Both the position numbers and the translations under genes were made by a program. From the NCBI GenBank assembly GCA_048941265.1, contig JBHLNT010000019.1, positions 1 to 42,852 of the forward strand: a stretch of 42,852 nucleotides of DNA, in the 5' to 3' direction. Positions 38,248 through 42,852 of this stretch are shown here, one piece after another; position 1 is the stretch's first letter, and each line of letters starts with the position of its first letter. This DNA is from Promethearchaeota archaeon (GTDB lineage: Archaea; Asgardarchaeota; Lokiarchaeia; Sigyniarchaeales; SOKP01). The notes beneath the pieces are model-generated. The model made no database searches and was not told the DNA's origin. It saw only the letters and a program-made list of their open reading frames with translations.

Positions 38248-39120
38248 ATGAAAAATGCAAAAATAATATTTACCTTAATAATAACCTCAATGCTATTGAT
38301 GCCTTTCATGAATTTTGCGGTAGCTGCGCAACCGAGTTATGTGGGTATTGCGAAGGATGATGAATTGATATGGTACACAACCTTCGATAGTGGTCCATAT
38401 GCAAACTTCTGGGAAGATTATTATGAACACCTTGGTTTCGATCCCGATTCTGAATTTATTCAGGACATAATTGATAATATTACTGATGATTATTTTGATA
38501 ATGAATATGATGAAAAGATTGTTGCCTGGAGAATCAAAATTTTATCTTTTAAAGATGAAAAAGAGGACCATGATTATAAATATGTTGAATATAGATGTAA
38601 TATTTATACTTCTAAAGTTCGAGGATATATTGGTAATTATGGATTCGATTGGAAGCTAGAAGAGGATAATGAAAAAGGGAGAGTTTGGAAATATGATAAA
38701 GATCTCTATAAAGATATTGTTTGGCTAGATCAGGGGCTTTTTTATCTCATTCCAGCGAATAATATAAAATGGTCTCAATTAGTCGATGAAATTAATGATG
38801 AATGGGGAGATGATTGGGATGGTCGTGATGAAAAAGCAAACTGCGAAGTAGCAACCTCAATGTACTTTTTTATGCAGGTAGCAAATGGGCTTTCTACTAC
38901 ATTCAATCCTGATGAGGATGATTTTCAAGATTTTACTTCTATATCGCAGTATAATAGAGATGGTGTTCTTATATACTATAATTGGGCATATGACGGCGAT
39001 ACCATCATGCAATTTGAATTGCAGACTCGACCGATTTACTTATGGTGGTGGGCAGCTGCGATAATTGCTGTTGCTGCAGTGATTATTATAGTTGTAATAG
39101 TAGTTGTAAAAAAAAGGTAA
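38248..39120 (+). CDS. Secreted acidic surface protein with C-terminal TM anchor
   Basis: Signal peptide ending AVAA; Asp/Trp/Tyr-rich core; C-terminal hydrophobic helix plus KKR. Confidence 0.75.
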   Translation: MKNAKIIFTLIITSMLLMPFMNFAVAAQPSYVGIAKDDELIWYTTFDSGPYANFWEDYYEHLGFDPDSEFIQDIIDNITDDYFDNEYDEKIVAWRIKILSFKDEKEDHDYKYVEYRCNIYTSKVRGYIGNYGFDWKLEEDNEKGRVWKYDKDLYKDIVWLDQGLFYLIPANNIKWSQLVDEINDEWGDDWDGRDEKANCEVATSMYFFMQVANGLSTTFNPDEDDFQDFTSISQYNRDGVLIYYNWAYDGDTIMQFELQTRPIYLWWWAAAIIAVAAVIIIVVIVVVKKR

Positions 39121-39294
39121 ATAAAACAATAAAAAAACAAAGTAATAAAACTACCTATTAAATTCTTTTTTTTTTTTAATTTTAGACTTCATGTAGATTC
39201 ACATAGATTGGAGAAATCTTCGAGAGTATTTAGAGAACTTATAAAGAAAAAAATTAAGAATGATTAAATTATATATCTTTATACTCGAGTAAAG

Positions 39295-40002
39295 GTGAAG
39301 TTTGTTATTAGCAAGAAAGTTCAAAGCAAGGACTATGAAGCTGAAATTTTGGAATATATTAAACAGAATCCAGGAGGAGTTACAATAACAGATATTGCAA
39401 GTGGAACCGAACATTCACGCAATACGGTTGCTAAATATATTTCCATACTCGAAAATAGAAGTAAAATATTCCGTAAAAAAATTGGGGCTTATTATCTCTA
39501 TTTTATGGGAAAACAGGGCTATTTTCCAAAAGAGATCACAATATCATACTATAAAGCGATATTAGCAGGATTAAGAAAACACTTTCCTGACAAAGAACAC
39601 ACTTTTAAGCAAATAGGAAGAGAAGCTTTGCAATATATTGATTTTTCTTTTGGTCCAACGATTAAAAGACAGATGAAAGTGATAAAAGGAAGTCCGATCA
39701 TCAAGTTATATTTTGAAATATTTAAGAATTTTTACACTTCTTACGATTTACTTCAGCCAACTATAGAAATATCTGATCCTGAGATAGATGAAACAGGTAT
39801 GAAGGCTAAATATAGATTTACTAAATCAGAATTTTTAGAAGATACAGATGAGTTTATATATCACTTTCATATGGCAGTTGGGATTATGGAAGCTATTTTT
39901 TCTAGGGAGATAGGACGAACCGTTGAATGTAATATAGAAGATATACATATCTCTGATAAAAAAGAAGACTCCTATATAGAAATCTCAGTAGATATTAAAT
40001 AA
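39295..40002 (+). CDS. wHTH plus V4R/HNOX-like regulator, copy 3
   Basis: Paralogue of 34626 and 37141. Confidence 0.75.
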   Translation: MKFVISKKVQSKDYEAEILEYIKQNPGGVTITDIASGTEHSRNTVAKYISILENRSKIFRKKIGAYYLYFMGKQGYFPKEITISYYKAILAGLRKHFPDKEHTFKQIGREALQYIDFSFGPTIKRQMKVIKGSPIIKLYFEIFKNFYTSYDLLQPTIEISDPEIDETGMKAKYRFTKSEFLEDTDEFIYHFHMAVGIMEAIFSREIGRTVECNIEDIHISDKKEDSYIEISVDIK

Positions 40003-40033
40003 CTTTTCTTATTGAGATTTGATAAAAAAAAGT

Positions 40034-40339
40034 TTATCCTCCAAAAAATATATAGATAAAAGAGATATCATCACCATCTTTTAACGGAGTTTCCAAAAAA
40101 TTCTCATCTCGATAAGTTCTTCCGTTAATAATTATTGAGAGCATTTTATGTAATTCACCCTTTTTTTCTTTATCCCAAATAAGGTTTTTAAATTCTTCGC
40201 CGTATTTATCTTGAAAAAAATCAATTAATTCAATCAATTTTAATTCTTTATCAAAATATACAACTTCCTTTGATTTTTTAGCTAAAATACTGAATGGAGG
40301 TTCCATATGAATAAGATATTTTATATTTCTGCTACTAAT
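40034..40339 (-). CDS. MoaD/ThiS (SAMP-like) ubiquitin-fold sulfur carrier
   Basis: IIINGR...LETPLKDGDDISF...GG C-terminus. The first beta-strand (IKYLIH) lies upstream of ATG 40306, implying a start near ATT 40339. Confidence 0.85.
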   Translation of the reverse strand: MSSRNIKYLIHMEPPFSILAKKSKEVVYFDKELKLIELIDFFQDKYGEEFKNLIWDKEKKGELHKMLSIIINGRTYRDENFLETPLKDGDDISFIYIFFGG

Positions 40340-40491
40340 ATATATCTCCTCATAATCATCTTATTACTCTCTATATCAAAGAAATTAAAAAATATATAAA
40401 ATTTTGATGCTAAATTTTTATAAATTAGAAAAAAAAAGTTTTGAAATTTAAATTATATGATAAGAGAAGAAGCTTAGCTTAAATTTGAGTT

Positions 40492-40629
40492 TTAATCGTC
40501 CCCTAAGGCTCCTTTTAATAATTTCTTACCAAATTTTTTCATTCCTTTTTTGACATCTTTCTTTGCTTCTTTTTTGGCTTTTTTCTTCTTTTTTTCTTCT
40601 TTTTTCTTTTTTTCTTCTTCGTCTCCCAT
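40492..40629 (-). CDS. Small Lys-rich protein (45 aa)
   Basis: MGDEEEKKKKEEKKKKKAKKEAKKDVKKGMKKFGKKLLKGALGDD*, with GGTGGA upstream; a different frame from the ORF track's 40526..40720. Confidence 0.6.
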   Translation of the reverse strand: MGDEEEKKKKEEKKKKKAKKEAKKDVKKGMKKFGKKLLKGALGDD

Positions 40630-40867
40630 AATTTCCACCTTTTTTGGGTTTAAAAATAGTTTTTTGAAAGGTTATATTATAGTAAAAATAAGGAAATTTA
40701 CTACTTAAAAATTTTAGCATGTAATATTTATGAAAAAAATTCTCTTTTAAAGTAGTAAATTTTAGGATCTTTGATGAGAAATAATCAAAAATAAAATTAT
40801 AACAAAATAAAAAAACGAAAATTTGAAATTAGAAAAGCAGTATTTCGATAAAAATCTGGCTTTATTC

Positions 40868-41035
40868 TTATTCTGCTGCTTCTTCCTTTCCTTCTTTTTT
40901 CTTAATTTTTTGTCCTGCTTTTTTTCCAGCTTCTCCTACTTTTTTACCTGCTTTTTTTCCAGCTTCTCCTACTTTCTTGAGACCGCTTTTTGTTTTTGCT
41001 CCAACATCTTTCATTTTTTCTGAAAATTTTCCCAT
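40868..41035 (-). CDS. Small 11-mer-repeat amphipathic protein (55 aa, LEA-like)
   Basis: MGKFSEKMKDVGAKTKSGLKKVGEAGKKAGKKVGEAGKKAGQKIKKKEGKEEAAE*. Confidence 0.65.
   Translation of the reverse strand: MGKFSEKMKDVGAKTKSGLKKVGEAGKKAGKKVGEAGKKAGQKIKKKEGKEEAAE
40914..40976. repeat. 33-bp tandem repeat, about 2 copies, encoding KKVGEAGKKAG
   Basis: cctgctttttttccagcttctcctacttt occurs twice with 33-nt period. Confidence 0.8.
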
Positions 41036-41427
41036 ATAACCATCTCTTATTTATAATTTTTTTAGTATATGAATTTTCTTAAAATAATTATATATGTAGG
41101 TTTTATAAATTTAACCATTTATAAGCCTCATTTAAATACTTCGCATAAAACATAAAATTACACTAAATTAAAACTAAAAAACCTTTTTTTAGCTAAAAGC
41201 GCAAATTAATAAAGAATTAATAATTATTATTGGAAAATTTTTTCTATATGCTTTAAGTAACTAGGAATCAAAACTACTTTAACCATTGAAATTTCCTCCT
41301 TCATCTTTCAAAAAGTAAAAATGCTATAAAATCATTAGATTTATCTGAATCTATTAAGATTTGTGAGGCTTTATTAAAGTTTTAACAGATAAATTATATA
41401 AGAATACTTCAAAATTCATAATATAAC

Positions 41428-42441
41428 ATGGCAAAAGTATTATTTATTTCTAAAGATAATGTCCGAGATGCTTGGCTTTCTGCTTTAGCGCAGGTGTTAT
41501 ATACCGGTGATGATATTAAAACAGAATATGATAAACCTGAAGAACCCCCTTCTAAAGATGCGACGGTGTTAATTGAAATCAAAAATCCTATGAGTAACCC
41601 AATTAAGCGAGGAGACAAAATCTTAAAAATCAAGTCAAAATATGGTAACTCTTATGAAGTCTATGGAAATATGGCGGACACTTTTTTAATAGGATCTATA
41701 CAGAGTGGCTATATTGAAGAAATTATGGAAGGAAAAAATGATCATTATATATGGGATTCGGGCGTTAGTTTCCCATATTCGTATCATGATAGAATATTTA
41801 ATTACACTCCATTTTCCCTGGAAGATACCATTCATGCGAATTATGACATAGAATTTGTTGATAATGAATTCGTTAAAAAACACCAGAAATTAATAAAAGC
41901 TGAAAAAATCAAGAGCACTCCAGAATCAACTTCATGGAAATTAAAAAATGGAGTAGAATTTGACCTGGATAAAAAAATCTCTGACCAATTAGGAATTGAA
42001 AAACTCCCTATTGGTATTTTAAATTTTCCAAAGATAAATCAAATTGATTATATAATTCAAAAATTAAAAAAAAGTCCTTATAGTCGCAGAGCACAGGCAA
42101 TTACATGGAGACCGCTTATCGATCCCTATCATATTGATCCTCCTTGTCTTCAAAGAATTTATATGAGAATAAAAGGAGGAAAACTTATAATGCAAACAAC
42201 TTGGAGAAGTCGAGATCTTTTTCGTGCCTGGGAAGCTAATGTAAATGGCATGGTTAGAATCCAGAAAAATGTGGCTGAAAATCTTGGAGCAGAAATAGGA
42301 CATTATTTGGATTTTAGTAATTCGCTCCACATTTATGGAGTTTCTATTCCTGAAGTAGTTGATATGTTTAATCGAATGAAAACAAAAGGAGAAATCTTGC
42401 CTGAGGAAGTTATTGAATTACTAAATAAAAACGAGAAATAG
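41428..42441 (+). CDS. thyA: Archaeal-type thymidylate synthase
   Basis: FPYSYHDR, NQIDYII, SRRAQAITW, PPCLQ (catalytic Cys), WRSRD and SLHIY motifs. Confidence 0.85.
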   Translation: MAKVLFISKDNVRDAWLSALAQVLYTGDDIKTEYDKPEEPPSKDATVLIEIKNPMSNPIKRGDKILKIKSKYGNSYEVYGNMADTFLIGSIQSGYIEEIMEGKNDHYIWDSGVSFPYSYHDRIFNYTPFSLEDTIHANYDIEFVDNEFVKKHQKLIKAEKIKSTPESTSWKLKNGVEFDLDKKISDQLGIEKLPIGILNFPKINQIDYIIQKLKKSPYSRRAQAITWRPLIDPYHIDPPCLQRIYMRIKGGKLIMQTTWRSRDLFRAWEANVNGMVRIQKNVAENLGAEIGHYLDFSNSLHIYGVSIPEVVDMFNRMKTKGEILPEEVIELLNKNEK

Positions 42442-42467
42442 AATAATATAAAAAAAAATTAAGAATT

Positions 42468-42852
42468 TTATTGAATGCCGAGCTCTTTTAATTTTTCTTC
42501 TGTTGGTCGACCAGTTTCCCAGTCCCAAGCGCGTTCTTTATAATAATTTTCTAAGTTTTGATCAAGATTGATCACTATATCTGCAGTTCTACCAGAACTT
42601 AAAGGATTTAAAACAATTTTGGGTAATCTATCATCTTGTCGAGTTATTCCCAAATTACAACTTATCACTCTCTTTATATTGTTAATACGTTCCCCTACGG
42701 TAATAAAGGTTTTTTTATCATAATCATGACCAGTTGCTGCATTAATATAATTAATCATTCTTACAAATGTGGGACTTGGAAAAGTACAATTAATAGCAGA
42801 ATCATCAATCGCCCTAAGGTTTTGTAGATTAGCAACACCTCTTTCTCTTCTA
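42468..42852 (-). CDS. aor: Aldehyde:ferredoxin oxidoreductase C-terminus (5' end outside window)
   Basis: DSAINC, NAATG, GERI..IKR, DDRLP and YYKERAWDWETGRPTEEKLKELG motifs. Confidence 0.85.
   Translation of the reverse strand, partial: RRERGVANLQNLRAIDDSAINCTFPSPTFVRMINYINAATGHDYDKKTFITVGERINNIKRVISCNLGITRQDDRLPKIVLNPLSSGRTADIVINLDQNLENYYKERAWDWETGRPTEEKLKELGIQ

Noticed and set aside
40526-41023. ORF-track calls 40526..40720 (-) and 40823..41023 (+)
   Set aside because: Wrong frame or strand; better ORFs are 40492..40629 and 40868..41035 on the minus strand.
8698-42827. Other short ORFs nested in long genes (8698, 9336, 20457, 20622, 21630, 21700, 28656, 29311, 31502, 32509, 33850, 35042, 35044, 38471, 39199, 41409, 41686, 42064, 42636)
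   Set aside because: They overlap confidently assigned CDSs and show no recognisable motifs.
1-42852. tRNA-Sec, other Sec machinery, rRNA/tRNA, transposases or CRISPR
   Set aside because: None recognised by eye in this window; Sec machinery must be confirmed elsewhere in the genome.

Overview
AT-rich chromosomal window that looks like an Asgard archaeon (Lokiarchaeia-like). The signs are Roadblock/LC7 and Ras/Rab-like GTPase genes, Loki-type 7TM and surface proteins, GGTGA ribosome-binding motifs, archaeal ThyA, ComDE and an Smc5/6-like operon. The main result is a selenoprotein cluster at 1.35-2.83 kb (minus strand) that the ORF track misses or truncates. Three consecutive genes carry in-frame TGA codons (2, 2 and 4), and each is followed immediately by a copy of the same ~60-nt structured element with the architecture of a eukaryote-type/Loki SECIS (AUGA...GA kink-turn core, 8-bp covarying stem, A-rich loop). 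Two of the genes are paralogues of an unfamiliar family with tandem Sec-Sec (UUA / CUU) motifs. The third is a GDCCVxC-type protein with four predicted Sec. They form the distal end of an ArsR-divergent gene run: DUF166, Acr3, a SAM-methyltransferase::HgcA-like fusion, an HgcB-like ferredoxin and a Cys-Cys-rich thioredoxin-like protein. Together this is a candidate selenium-dependent arsenic/mercury handling or methylation system. The rest of the window holds a degenerate-AAA/Smc5/6-like/kleisin/KITE operon, a cysteate-synthase-like gene with comDE, MFS/TetR, GTPase modules, SDRs, lipid kinases, three wHTH-V4R regulators alternating with surface proteins, MoaD, ThyA and a partial AOR. All family assignments come from motif recognition by eye; no database search was run.
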